64,000 nt of DNA from an uncultured Bacteroidota bacterium. GTDB lineage: Bacteria > Bacteroidota > Bacteroidia > Bacteroidales > UBA12481. Below, one piece after another: positions 1 through 10,030 of the stretch. A program made the position numbers and the translations under genes. Each line of letters opens with the position of its first letter. Position 1 is the stretch's first letter. The stretch is from contig CAIXHD010000345.1 in assembly GCA_903919065.1 (NCBI GenBank), positions 87,231-151,230 on the forward strand, in the 5' to 3' direction. A model generated the notes under the pieces. It saw nothing but the letters and a program-made list of their open reading frames with translations, was not told the origin of the DNA and ran no database searches.

Positions 1-1
1 A

Positions 2-631
2 GAACTGTTAAAGGCGTTCATGAATTATCAAACAGAAATCCGGTTTGAATTCATCAAAACTGAACCTGACCTGGAATTATGGTTTAATGATTGTGATATG
101 CCAGAATGGGTTATTGATGAAGACTGTCAATGCAATCTGCTCAATGCCCTTTATGCTTGTCCGCACGGGGTTCATTCCTGGAGCCAAACCATTCCCGGGC
201 TGGTTGAAACCTCATCCAATCTGGCGGCAGTGAAATTTAATGAGGATCGGATTAAAGTCACCACCAGCCAGAGAAGCTCGCTTGAATCGGCAAAAGAAAA
301 CATGTCAAATATGGTGGAAAGTGTTTTTTTACTTGCCGGCGCATTTACTGAAAGGTCAACAGGTTACCCTGGTTGGAATCCAAATCCGGATTCTCCGGTC
401 TTAAAGATCACCGAGCAAGCTTATCAGGACCTTTTCAACCAGAAACCGCTGGTTAAGGCCATTCATGCAGGGTTGGAATGCGGACTTTTTCTGGAAAAAT
501 ATCCAAAAATGGACATGATTTCCTTTGGGCCAACGATAAAAGGAGTCCATTCGCCAGATGAGAGACTTAACATACCAACGACTGTTAAATTCTGGAAACT
601 CCTCACTGAAGTATTAAAAAGAATTGAATAA
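2..631 (+). CDS. pepD: Aminoacyl-histidine dipeptidase (PepD, M20C family), C-terminal part; 5' end lies outside the window
   Basis: The reading frame is open from nt 2. C-terminal PepD-type motifs HAGLECGLF and GPTIKGVHSPDERLNI are present. The ATG at nt 20 is only the first in-window Met. Confidence 0.8.
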   Translation, partial: ELLKAFMNYQTEIRFEFIKTEPDLELWFNDCDMPEWVIDEDCQCNLLNALYACPHGVHSWSQTIPGLVETSSNLAAVKFNEDRIKVTTSQRSSLESAKENMSNMVESVFLLAGAFTERSTGYPGWNPNPDSPVLKITEQAYQDLFNQKPLVKAIHAGLECGLFLEKYPKMDMISFGPTIKGVHSPDERLNIPTTVKFWKLLTEVLKRIE

Positions 632-2663
632 TATGAGTATTCCCGGCATTATCCAACGCGATTCCTATCTATCGCCATTCCGTAATCAGATTGAAGCAAG
701 GATGGAAAGTATAAATAGGAAGATCAGCAAAATAACATCTCCTGGGGAGACATTAAGTGCATTTGCGAATGGTCATCACTATTTCGGATTACACAGGACA
801 GATAGCGGATGGATTTTGCACGAGTGGGCACCAAATGCCACATCGATTTTCTTAGCCGGGTCATTTAATGGCTGGAAGATAGATCAGAAATACAAATTTA
901 CCGAAAAGCAAGCCGGCCAATGGGAGTTGATTCTTGAGAATGATGACCTTCACCATCTTGATGAGTATAAATTGTGGATATCGTGGCCGGGAGGTGCTGA
1001 TTTCAGAATTCCACTTTATGCTATCCGGGTGGTACAAGATGAAAAGACAAAACTGTTCAATGCCCAGGTTTGGAGCCCTCCAGAACCAAAAATAATAAGT
1101 CAGCCGATTATTATGCCGAAAGCAAGTAAAGCAGAATTGTCTGCGGCACTGATTTATGAGGCTCATACCGGCATGTCATCTGAAGAGGAAAAAGTCAGCT
1201 CTTTTGATGAATTCAGAAAAACCATATTACCTCGCATTATTAGCCTAGGATACAATACATTGCAGCTAATGGCTATTCAGGAGCATCCCTATTATGGCTC
1301 CTTTGGCTACCATGTTTCCAACTTCTTCGCAGTATCCAGCCGGTTCGGAACCCCCGACGACCTAAGATTACTCATAGCAGATGCACATAAATCGGGGATT
1401 AAAGTAATCATGGATATTGTTCATTCGCACGCTGTTAAAAATATCCTTGAGGGTCCTGGGCTTTTTGATGGAACTCCGGGCATGCTTTTCCATACGGACC
1501 AAAGAAGAGAACATCCGGCATGGGACTCACTTTGTTTTGATTATGGCAAGAATGAAACCATTCATTTTTTGTTATCGAATTGCAAATATTGGATTGAGGA
1601 ATATGGTTTCGATGGTTTCCGTTTCGATGGAGTGACGAGCATGCTATACTATGATCATGGTCTTGGACGTGATTTCACCTCTTATGACGCCTATTTCAAT
1701 AACGGTGTTGATGAGGATGCCCTGGTTTATATCGCTCTTGCAAACAAACTTATTCATGAGCTTAATCCTGCTGCGTTAACAATAGCCGAGGACATGAGCG
1801 GCTTGCCAGGAATAGCTTCACCGATTGCTGATGGAGGTTTGGGATTTGACTACAGGCTTTCTATGGGTGTTCCGGATTTTTGGATCAGAACTCTTAAGGA
1901 AAAGGCAGATGAACAATGGAATGTATCGGAGTTATTTTATGAGTTAACAAACCGGAGACATGATGAAAAAACCATTTCCTATTCTGAATCACATGACCAG
2001 GCGCTTGTTGGAGATAAGACCATCATTTTCAGGCTCGCAGACAAGGAAATGTACAGTCACATGTCGAAAAGCACTCCCAGCCTGATCATTGACCGGGCAC
2101 TCTCTTTGCACAAGATCATACGGTTTCTGACTCTTGCTACCCATGGTGGTGGTTACCTGAACTTTATGGGTAATGAGTTCGGCCATCCTGAGTGGATTGA
2201 TTTTCCTCGCGAGGGTAACAACTGGACATACAAACATGCCCGAAGGCAATGGCATTTGGCGGAAGATCCATCACTGCGGTATGCTGGTCTGGAACATTTT
2301 GACCAGGCTATGATCAAGTTATTGAACAAGGAAGAGATTTCCGTGATGGAAAAGCCAAGATTAGTACTTTCGAATGATACAGATCAGGTACTGGCTTTTA
2401 TCAGGGAACCCTTTCTGTTCGTATTTAATCTCAATCCTGAGAGATCATTCACCAATTATGGTATAGCGGCAGATCCATCAGAATATAGGATTGTACTGAA
2501 CTCTGACAGTCGTGATTTTGAGGGATTCGGTCGAATTGATGAAAATATTGATTATTCAGCTGAGCCACTTGGCAAAATCGGTTCAGGATTCCAGATCCGT
2601 CTTTACCTCCCTTCAAGAGTAGGGCTGGCATTGCGGAAGATTCCGACTCCAAGAGCCCGATAG
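624..2663 (+). CDS. glgB: 1,4-alpha-glucan branching enzyme (GH13, eukaryote/Bacteroidota type with CBM48-like N-terminus)
   Basis: 679 aa. GH13 conserved regions are DIVHSH, GFDGFRFDGVTSM (nucleophile Asp), IAEDMSG (acid/base Glu) and YSESHDQ. The start overlaps pepD by 8 nt. Confidence 0.9.
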   Translation: MNNMSIPGIIQRDSYLSPFRNQIEARMESINRKISKITSPGETLSAFANGHHYFGLHRTDSGWILHEWAPNATSIFLAGSFNGWKIDQKYKFTEKQAGQWELILENDDLHHLDEYKLWISWPGGADFRIPLYAIRVVQDEKTKLFNAQVWSPPEPKIISQPIIMPKASKAELSAALIYEAHTGMSSEEEKVSSFDEFRKTILPRIISLGYNTLQLMAIQEHPYYGSFGYHVSNFFAVSSRFGTPDDLRLLIADAHKSGIKVIMDIVHSHAVKNILEGPGLFDGTPGMLFHTDQRREHPAWDSLCFDYGKNETIHFLLSNCKYWIEEYGFDGFRFDGVTSMLYYDHGLGRDFTSYDAYFNNGVDEDALVYIALANKLIHELNPAALTIAEDMSGLPGIASPIADGGLGFDYRLSMGVPDFWIRTLKEKADEQWNVSELFYELTNRRHDEKTISYSESHDQALVGDKTIIFRLADKEMYSHMSKSTPSLIIDRALSLHKIIRFLTLATHGGGYLNFMGNEFGHPEWIDFPREGNNWTYKHARRQWHLAEDPSLRYAGLEHFDQAMIKLLNKEEISVMEKPRLVLSNDTDQVLAFIREPFLFVFNLNPERSFTNYGIAADPSEYRIVLNSDSRDFEGFGRIDENIDYSAEPLGKIGSGFQIRLYLPSRVGLALRKIPTPRAR

Positions 2664-2667
2664 TCCG

Positions 2668-4365
2668 ATGAAAAAGAAGATCATTATTTATCAGCTCCTG
2701 CCGCGGTTATTCGGCAATTCATGCGAGCAATTAGTTTTCAATGGAACAAGAGAGCAGAACGGATGCGGAAAATTCAATGATATCAATGATATCGTTCTTA
2801 GCGAGCTCAAGATTTTCGGTATTACTCATATCTGGCTGACAGGAATTATAAGGCACGCCACCCTATCCCACTATCCTCAATTTGGGTTGCCAGCAAGTCA
2901 TCCGGATATCGTTAAGGGGAATGCCGGATCCCCATATGCAATAAATGATTATTATGATGTTGACCCTGACCTTGCGGTAGATATTCCATCCAGGATGGAA
3001 GAGTTCCAACAACTGATTAACAGGATCCATCAACATGATCTTAAGGCAATTATTGACTTTGTGCCAAACCATGTGGCACGCGATTATCATTCCAGTCAAT
3101 TACCGAAGGATCGCAATGACCTCGGTAAGTCTGATCAAAAAAATCTTTCATTCAGTCCATCGAATAATTACTATTACTTACCTGGCGAATCTTTTGCTAT
3201 CAGGGGATTACAAAGCACCGCAGCAGAACGTTACATTGAAATACCAGCCAAGGCTACCGGAAACGATGTTTTTAGAGCAGATCCGGACATTAATGACTGG
3301 TATGAAACGGCCAAACTGAACTATGGAATTGATTATCAAACCAGACAAGAATACTTTCATCCAAGGCCGGATACCTGGATAAAAATGACTGAGATTTTGC
3401 TCTTCTGGGCTGAAAAAGGAATAGATGGGTTCCGTTGCGACATGGCCGGGATGGTCCCGGTTAGCTACTGGCAATATGCTATAAGCCAGATTAAAGGCGA
3501 GTTTCCAACAATTATCTTTATTGCAGAACTTTACGAGCCATCAAAATATCGGGATTATCTTGAAACCGGATTCTTCGATTACTTATATGATAAAGTGGGC
3601 TTATACGATACACTAAGATCAGTGATTGAAGAAAAAGGGTCAACAAGTGGGATTTCCAATGTATGGCAATCACTTGAAGGAATGGATGATACCATGGTAC
3701 GGTTTCTGGAGAACCATGATGAACAAAGGGTAGCGTCCAAACAATTTGCCGGTGATCCGTGGAAAGCGTTGCCAGGCCTTGCCATCTCAACTTTATTGAA
3801 TCAGGGACCGGTATTGATTTATTCTGGTCAGGAGGTGGGAGAACCGGCCATCGGACCTTCAGGATTCAGCGGTGATGATGGCCGGACAACAATTTTTGAT
3901 TATGCAGCAATTCCGGAGTTGAGGAAATGGTATAACCATGGTAAATGCGATGGGGCTAATTTATCCGAAGACCAGCAATTGCTGAGAAAGACTTATGCTG
4001 ATCTATTTCACCTGGTATACAAATATCCTGTTTTTTCGAATGGCCTTCTTTATGATCTGATGTGGGTTAACGCAGATATTCCTCAAAGGGATAAGATTTT
4101 CGCTTTCCTTAGATACGGGGGCTCGGAGGACGATAAGGTTTTCCTTGTTGTCGCCTGCTTTGACAAATCCATTGGAGAAACCAAAATAAAGATCCCTGAA
4201 CATGCACTCCAGACCATCGGTTTTGAGAACAGATTGAGGATCACTATCGAATCCATTGAACCTCAAAGATCACTGAAGGAGGTTCAATTATTAAGTCAGA
4301 TCGTAACAGTAGGCTTGAAAGTACTGCTAAACCACGCAGGTTATGCCATAATTTCCCTCACATAA
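2668..4365 (+). CDS. Cytoplasmic alpha-amylase-family glycoside hydrolase (GH13)
   Basis: 565 aa with no signal peptide. GH13 regions are DFVPNHVA, GIDGFRCDMAGM, IFIAELYE and FLENHDEQR. It starts 4 nt after the glgB stop. Confidence 0.85.
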   Translation: MKKKIIIYQLLPRLFGNSCEQLVFNGTREQNGCGKFNDINDIVLSELKIFGITHIWLTGIIRHATLSHYPQFGLPASHPDIVKGNAGSPYAINDYYDVDPDLAVDIPSRMEEFQQLINRIHQHDLKAIIDFVPNHVARDYHSSQLPKDRNDLGKSDQKNLSFSPSNNYYYLPGESFAIRGLQSTAAERYIEIPAKATGNDVFRADPDINDWYETAKLNYGIDYQTRQEYFHPRPDTWIKMTEILLFWAEKGIDGFRCDMAGMVPVSYWQYAISQIKGEFPTIIFIAELYEPSKYRDYLETGFFDYLYDKVGLYDTLRSVIEEKGSTSGISNVWQSLEGMDDTMVRFLENHDEQRVASKQFAGDPWKALPGLAISTLLNQGPVLIYSGQEVGEPAIGPSGFSGDDGRTTIFDYAAIPELRKWYNHGKCDGANLSEDQQLLRKTYADLFHLVYKYPVFSNGLLYDLMWVNADIPQRDKIFAFLRYGGSEDDKVFLVVACFDKSIGETKIKIPEHALQTIGFENRLRITIESIEPQRSLKEVQLLSQIVTVGLKVLLNHAGYAIISLT

Positions 4366-4366
4366 T

Positions 4367-7300
4367 CTAAATCCATTTAACAAAGCTAAAATCCTGTCTG
4401 TGAGGCAAAAGCTGGCTTTTTGGAAATAAACGTATTCCATAATTAAATACACCGGTCTGGGTTGGGAAGGTGCATAACTGATATCTTGTATGTCCATTAA
4501 GCTTCTCAACATTTGAGAATTCCTCCTTTGAAACGAACTTCATTTTTCCATTTGGCAATACCTCAACCATAACCAATTCAACCCCGATATCATCCTGAGT
4601 TAAACCATTCAGTTTCAAAATTACCTCAGCGGTATATCCACCACCCATTCTGAGTGGTTTTGAAAGGTCGTTTGAGTATGTCACTTCTGTGACTTCAATT
4701 TTTTCCCAAATTCTGGCAACTTTTTTCTTCCACCTGGTTATCTCTCTGGCCAAATGATAATTATTTGCCCTCATATCGCTCGATCGGTTACCCAGAATTC
4801 GATAGAATCGATCATAATAATCATCTATCATTCTGCGTGTTGTAAACATTGGAGCTATCTGAGCAATAGTATTCTTGATATGCTTAATCCATTCGACCGG
4901 AATACCTTTCTCATCAACCTGATAAAAAAGCGGAACGATTTCTTCTTCAAGGAGGTTATAAATTGTGGCTGCGTCGAGTTCATCCTGGAAATTCTGATCT
5001 TCATAAACCCTTTCCTGTTGAAGCGCCCAACCTGCACCCGGGCGATATCCTTCACACCACCATCCATCGAGAACACTGAAATTCATAACTCCATTCATAA
5101 CTGCCTTCATACCGCTTGTGCCAGAAGCTTCCAGCGGACGTGTCGGAGTATTTAACCAGATATCGACACCCTGCACCAATTTTCTGGCCACAGTCATATC
5201 ATAGTTCTCAAGAAATACGATCCTGCCCCTGAATTCAGGACGACGGGATATATCCACAATATATTTAATGAGGTCCTGGCCTGCCTTATCTCTTGGATGC
5301 GCCTTTCCGGCAAATATAAATTGAACCGGACGATCCGTATTATTGACGATATTTTTGAGACGGTCGAGATCGCTAAACAGCAAATGAGCACGCTTATAGG
5401 TAGCAAAACGTCTGGCAAACCCAATGGTCAGGGTTCGTTCATTCAACTTATGGCGGATTTCGATAATCTGCTTTGGGGGTTCATGCCTCTTTATAGAAAC
5501 TTTCTCCAATCTCTGCCTGATATAATCGATTAGTGATTTACGGAGGCTTTGTCTCAAGCTCCAAATCTTTTCATCAGAAACCGAATAGATCTTTTCCCAG
5601 TATTTTGTTGAAGATTGGTTTTCCAGAAACTCCTCACCAAAAGTTTCTAAATAAAGTTTCTGCCAGGCTTCAGCTGCCCAGGTCTGATAGTGGACACCAT
5701 TTGTAACAAATCCAATTGGCAATTCATCTGCGTAATAACCCTTCCAAACGTTCTCAAACATTTTCCGCGTTACTTCACCATGAAGTTTACTCACTGCATT
5801 AATTTCCTGAGAGAGTCTTGCAGCAAGGTGAGACATTGAGAATCGCTCGAATTGGTTGTTTTTTTCAATCTTTCCCAATCCAATAAAATCATCCCAGGAA
5901 ATACTAAAACGCTCCGGATAATGTCCCATGTAAGCCCTGATCATATCTTCCGTAAAAGTATCATGGCCGGCAGGAACGGGTGTATGTGTTGTAAAGAGGG
6001 TCGAGCTTCTGACTACTTCGAGGGTTTCATCAAAGGTGAATTTCTTGATATCCATCAGCATTCGAATTCGCTCCAGCCCAATAAACGCGGCATGTCCTTC
6101 GTTGCAATGAAAAATATCAAGTGAAAGGCCGAGTTTGCTCAGCATTCTTATTCCACCCAATCCAAGAACCATCTCCTGCTTCAAGCGATTCTCCTCATCC
6201 CCACCATAAAGATGGTAGGTAATTGTACGATCAGCAGGCTGGTTGGAATCATAATCAGTATCGAGCAAATAGAGACTTATTCTGCCCACCATGGCTCTCC
6301 AAAGCCTGACGTGTATCAAACGACCTGGCATACCAATAGGAATCTGAATCCAATGTCCGTCAGCATCTAAAACAGGTTCAACGGGAAGGTCGGAAAACTG
6401 TTCCTCCAGATCTTCCGATATCTGATCCCCGCTAAGCGTGAGAACCTGCCTGAAATAACCAAATTTATAAAGGAGTCCAATACCCACGAGAGGCACATTT
6501 CTATCACTTGCTTCCTTTAAATAATCACCCGCCAATATCCCCAAGCCCCCGGAATAAATTTTCAGGCTACTATGAAATCCGAATTCCATGCTGAAATAGG
6601 CAATCTTGGGTCCGGGGTTTTCATTCACCTGGCGCATATATGTCTGAAACCTGGCGTATACTTTCTTGTATGATTCATGAAAGCTTATATCATGATCAAG
6701 TTCGATGAGACGGTCCAAAGGAATCTTTCTCATCAGCGTAATTGGATTATGCTCCACCTGCTCCCAAATCTCAGGATCAATTGATCTGAATAAATTCTCA
6801 GCATCATAGTTCCAGGTCCACCAGAGATTTTTCGAAATCGCCACTAACCCCACCAAACTTTCAGGCAAGGTGGATTCAACCAATACCCTTCTCCAAACCG
6901 GCTCGTTGGTATTTTGCAGGTCGACTGAGCCCTGAACATAGGCTTCTTCCGCAAATTCAGGTTCTGGCCTATCTTCGTAAACAACTTCAGATAAAGCATA
7001 AGAATAGGCAAGATCATAGTTCTTTATCAGATTCTCCCATAGAGCCTTTTTTGAAAAATCTATCGATAATGCGAAAAGACTTTTCCGCTTATTGGCCGGT
7101 AGCTGTGAGAAGCTCAAAAGGGCATCAGAAATCCATGAAATTAGAGATTCATCAGATTTATTTTTCCTTGGAGCAACGGCTACAGGAAGATTTGGCATTT
7201 CGGTTTCAAATGCAGACATCCAGTTTCCAAATCCAGCCTGATCGGTCGTGAGCGTTGGAACTCCAAAGGCTATACTTTCTAGCGGAGTATATCCCCATGG

Positions 7301-8614
7301 TTCATAATAGGAAGGGAATACGGTATAATCAAGTCCCGGAAGTATTTGATAATAAGTAAGATTAAATATTTCATCCTGTCCATTTAAGTAACAGGGAATA
7401 AACATGACCTTGACTTTTTTTGACTGATCATTATTAAGGCCTGTTTCATTGAGAAGGCGAATAATGGAATCAGAATCAGCATCATGCAGGTTATGAGTAA
7501 GATATTTACTACCACTTAGCTCAATATTTTCACCATTTAAGCGCTGGGTAACACTTCTCCTGGCACCATAGTTATTTGCCGGAATCATTATCAGAGCTAC
7601 GATTTCCTTTTTCAGGCTTTCATCCTCATTGAGTTTAGCAAGGGACCTGATAAAAATATCAAGGCCTTTGTTTCTGAATTCATAGCGCCCGCTGGTTCCG
7701 ACAGCTAGAAAATCCTCAGAAAGTTCATATCCGAATAATGCATGTGCCACTTTGCGGATAGCTTTTCTGGCAGTGACCCGTTCAATCTTAAGAGCTTGTG
7801 AATCTGGGACTAAGTTAGGATTGAAGCCGTTAGGAGTAATAATATCAGGTCTTCTGCCAATCAATTGGGTACACTCGCTTGCTGTGATTTCGCTGACGGT
7901 AGTAAATTGATCACAATTTACAGCAGCCAATTTCTCAAGTGAATGCTTTGCCATTACGTTTAAACGCGCAGCCATTTCATCCCCACTGTATTCAGCAAGG
8001 TTTTCGTAAAGGGGCAGACCGTTCCCTGCTATTGAGCGCCCGATGGTTGTAGCATGAGTGGTAAAAACAGTGCCGATATATGGAGATTCCTTCTCCAGAT
8101 AAAGGATTCCCATTCCGGTCATCCATTCATGGAATTGGGCAATTACCTGTTTAAAACGATAATATTCCGAAAAACTCTTTATAAGCATCCCAGCGGCATA
8201 ACCAAAAAGAGCTGCTTCAATATAATCCCAGCCACCCGAAATTGAATCCAATCGGTAATCTTCCCAGGCTTTACTGAAGATTTCATCCTTCCTGGGTATA
8301 AGCGAGGTAAAATCAATAATGATTACCAGTGGTTTACCGGGGATATTCCATCGGCCGGTTCTGAATTTGAGGCCATTGGCAAAAGCAAGTTCCTTCCAAC
8401 CCAAGAAGAGTGTATTATCTTCAATAAATTCAGGGTTATCGTGGTCTTCGCGCCATATATCAGGACCTATAAAAATATAATGTTCACCAAACCGGCTTAA
8501 AGATTCCTGGCATTTTGAGGTAAGAACTGTATAAATCCCCCCCACCATATTGCACACTTCCCAACTTACCTCAAACAGTATATCCGGACTGTTCTGCGTC
8601 GCATTTTCAGTCAT
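4367..8614 (-). CDS. Fusion protein: GT3 glycogen synthase (N-terminal ~545 aa) plus GT35 alpha-glucan phosphorylase (C-terminal ~840 aa)
   Basis: Continuous 1415-aa ORF. The N-terminus has EVSWEVCNMVGGIYTV and YEPWGYTPLES (GT3 type). The middle has LWWTWNYDAENLF (the N-terminal domain typical of archaeal/bacterial alpha-glucan phosphorylases). The PLP-lysine motif EASGTSGMK has its Lys codon at 5105..5107. Confidence 0.85.
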   Translation of the reverse strand: MTENATQNSPDILFEVSWEVCNMVGGIYTVLTSKCQESLSRFGEHYIFIGPDIWREDHDNPEFIEDNTLFLGWKELAFANGLKFRTGRWNIPGKPLVIIIDFTSLIPRKDEIFSKAWEDYRLDSISGGWDYIEAALFGYAAGMLIKSFSEYYRFKQVIAQFHEWMTGMGILYLEKESPYIGTVFTTHATTIGRSIAGNGLPLYENLAEYSGDEMAARLNVMAKHSLEKLAAVNCDQFTTVSEITASECTQLIGRRPDIITPNGFNPNLVPDSQALKIERVTARKAIRKVAHALFGYELSEDFLAVGTSGRYEFRNKGLDIFIRSLAKLNEDESLKKEIVALIMIPANNYGARRSVTQRLNGENIELSGSKYLTHNLHDADSDSIIRLLNETGLNNDQSKKVKVMFIPCYLNGQDEIFNLTYYQILPGLDYTVFPSYYEPWGYTPLESIAFGVPTLTTDQAGFGNWMSAFETEMPNLPVAVAPRKNKSDESLISWISDALLSFSQLPANKRKSLFALSIDFSKKALWENLIKNYDLAYSYALSEVVYEDRPEPEFAEEAYVQGSVDLQNTNEPVWRRVLVESTLPESLVGLVAISKNLWWTWNYDAENLFRSIDPEIWEQVEHNPITLMRKIPLDRLIELDHDISFHESYKKVYARFQTYMRQVNENPGPKIAYFSMEFGFHSSLKIYSGGLGILAGDYLKEASDRNVPLVGIGLLYKFGYFRQVLTLSGDQISEDLEEQFSDLPVEPVLDADGHWIQIPIGMPGRLIHVRLWRAMVGRISLYLLDTDYDSNQPADRTITYHLYGGDEENRLKQEMVLGLGGIRMLSKLGLSLDIFHCNEGHAAFIGLERIRMLMDIKKFTFDETLEVVRSSTLFTTHTPVPAGHDTFTEDMIRAYMGHYPERFSISWDDFIGLGKIEKNNQFERFSMSHLAARLSQEINAVSKLHGEVTRKMFENVWKGYYADELPIGFVTNGVHYQTWAAEAWQKLYLETFGEEFLENQSSTKYWEKIYSVSDEKIWSLRQSLRKSLIDYIRQRLEKVSIKRHEPPKQIIEIRHKLNERTLTIGFARRFATYKRAHLLFSDLDRLKNIVNNTDRPVQFIFAGKAHPRDKAGQDLIKYIVDISRRPEFRGRIVFLENYDMTVARKLVQGVDIWLNTPTRPLEASGTSGMKAVMNGVMNFSVLDGWWCEGYRPGAGWALQQERVYEDQNFQDELDAATIYNLLEEEIVPLFYQVDEKGIPVEWIKHIKNTIAQIAPMFTTRRMIDDYYDRFYRILGNRSSDMRANNYHLAREITRWKKKVARIWEKIEVTEVTYSNDLSKPLRMGGGYTAEVILKLNGLTQDDIGVELVMVEVLPNGKMKFVSKEEFSNVEKLNGHTRYQLCTFPTQTGVFNYGIRLFPKSQLLPHRQDFSFVKWI

Positions 8615-8644
8615 AATGATCAGTCAAATTAGAGGGCGAATTAA

Positions 8645-10030
8645 CTAAAAATTTTTCTTTTTAGTTGATTTGGAGACCGTAGCTTTTGCACCTGCTGACT
8701 TAACTATCTTACTGTCTGCGATTTTGATTGCAGGTCCTCTTTTTTGGCGTAAAATCTTTAAAATCCCTTCATAATCCTCAATTGCATCATTCAGAGGTTC
8801 TCCGGAAAGCTCCTCGATTGGAATTCCTTTGTAGACTACCCTCTTTGTTTTTTTCTCCAGTCGGATAATAAAATCGGAAACGATATTCATGAAGTTGATA
8901 AAAGCATCGTAGGGGCTGTTGTAGGGATTAAAGTAATTATGGACAGCCTGATCAGCAAAGAATTTTGTCGACATATAGTATAAATGGTCACTTGCCTGCA
9001 AATAGCCCCAATCTTTGGAAAGTTCAGGATCATTGGCCTGCAGTACCAGGTGTCGCACGGAATTCAGCTTATTGAAAGCTTCTTTTTGCATTTCATTCCC
9101 AAGCCAGGCAGATACATCCCTTTCTTCATCGGCCCATGAGCTGGGATAAGGCACTGATAATGGCCCGACTGACTGGTGCGACTCAACTATTTCAGAAGGC
9201 AGAGTAAATCCTGTTTCAGGATCCTTGATGATTAAACGCACCAAATTTTCCAGAAATTGATGAATTCCTGATTCAACTGGCTGATGTTCCCCAAAGGTTT
9301 CATAGTCCATGAATAAATTCACGAAATCCTCATTTGCAGGGGATCCTTTCAGCCAATGAAGATATTTCTCAGACTTTAAGGGCCACTCCGACCAGGAATG
9401 GTTAGAAAATCTGAAAGCGATATCATCACTCAGCTTATAATTTCTTAGAAGAACTTTTAGTTTTGGATCTAAAACATTATAATATAAGAAATTAGGACTT
9501 TTCCATCCCAAAACGTGCTTCGCACCTTCAGCAAGCATTGCCTTATATCCCATTTTAGAAACCTGTTCTCCAATAGTATCTGAATAAACAAGTTCGGTAT
9601 TCCTGAAAACAGACGGAGTAACACCAAATAAAGACTGAATCTTTTCCTTGTGAAGAGTAACCTGATGCTTAAACTCATCCGGGCTTCCAAGAACAGCCAA
9701 AGAATGGGAATAGGTTTCAGACAGGAACTCTACATGGCCAGTCGCTGCAAGCTTTTTAAAACTTTCAATGACTTCCGGAGCATATAATTCAAATTGATCA
9801 AGGAGGATGCCAGTTAAGCTGAAAGTCACTTTAAATTGCCCATTAAATTCAGTCAAAAGACTATATAGCAACTCATTAGTAGGGATATAACACCTTTGAG
9901 CTACCTTTTTCATGATTAATTTATTGAGGTAGTCGTCATAATAATAATGATCCTTACCAACGTCGAAAAAGCGATAGCGCTTTAGCCTGAAAGGCTGATG
10001 AAGCTGAAAATAGAGGCAAATATTTTTCAT
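8645..10030 (-). CDS. GH57 family alpha-amylase / alpha-glucan-active hydrolase
   Basis: 461 aa. The N-terminal ICLYFQLHQPFRLKRY signature and the MDYETFGEH region are typical of GH57. It overlaps the upstream GT4 gene by 4 nt. Confidence 0.85.
   Translation of the reverse strand: MKNICLYFQLHQPFRLKRYRFFDVGKDHYYYDDYLNKLIMKKVAQRCYIPTNELLYSLLTEFNGQFKVTFSLTGILLDQFELYAPEVIESFKKLAATGHVEFLSETYSHSLAVLGSPDEFKHQVTLHKEKIQSLFGVTPSVFRNTELVYSDTIGEQVSKMGYKAMLAEGAKHVLGWKSPNFLYYNVLDPKLKVLLRNYKLSDDIAFRFSNHSWSEWPLKSEKYLHWLKGSPANEDFVNLFMDYETFGEHQPVESGIHQFLENLVRLIIKDPETGFTLPSEIVESHQSVGPLSVPYPSSWADEERDVSAWLGNEMQKEAFNKLNSVRHLVLQANDPELSKDWGYLQASDHLYYMSTKFFADQAVHNYFNPYNSPYDAFINFMNIVSDFIIRLEKKTKRVVYKGIPIEELSGEPLNDAIEDYEGILKILRQKRGPAIKIADSKIVKSAGAKATVSKSTKKKNF

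Noticed and set aside
4754-5155. A 133-aa plus-strand ORF, and many similar 60-120-aa ORFs, lie antisense to large genes. Examples are 13870..14208, 14613..14975, 16346..16840, 29129..29497, 29654..30025, 41007..41372, 42974..43342 and 62930..63295.
   Set aside because: They are fully embedded opposite genes with strong family signatures. They have low-complexity or Cys/Ser/Ile-rich compositions typical of antisense frames, and they show no recognisable motifs or promoter boxes.
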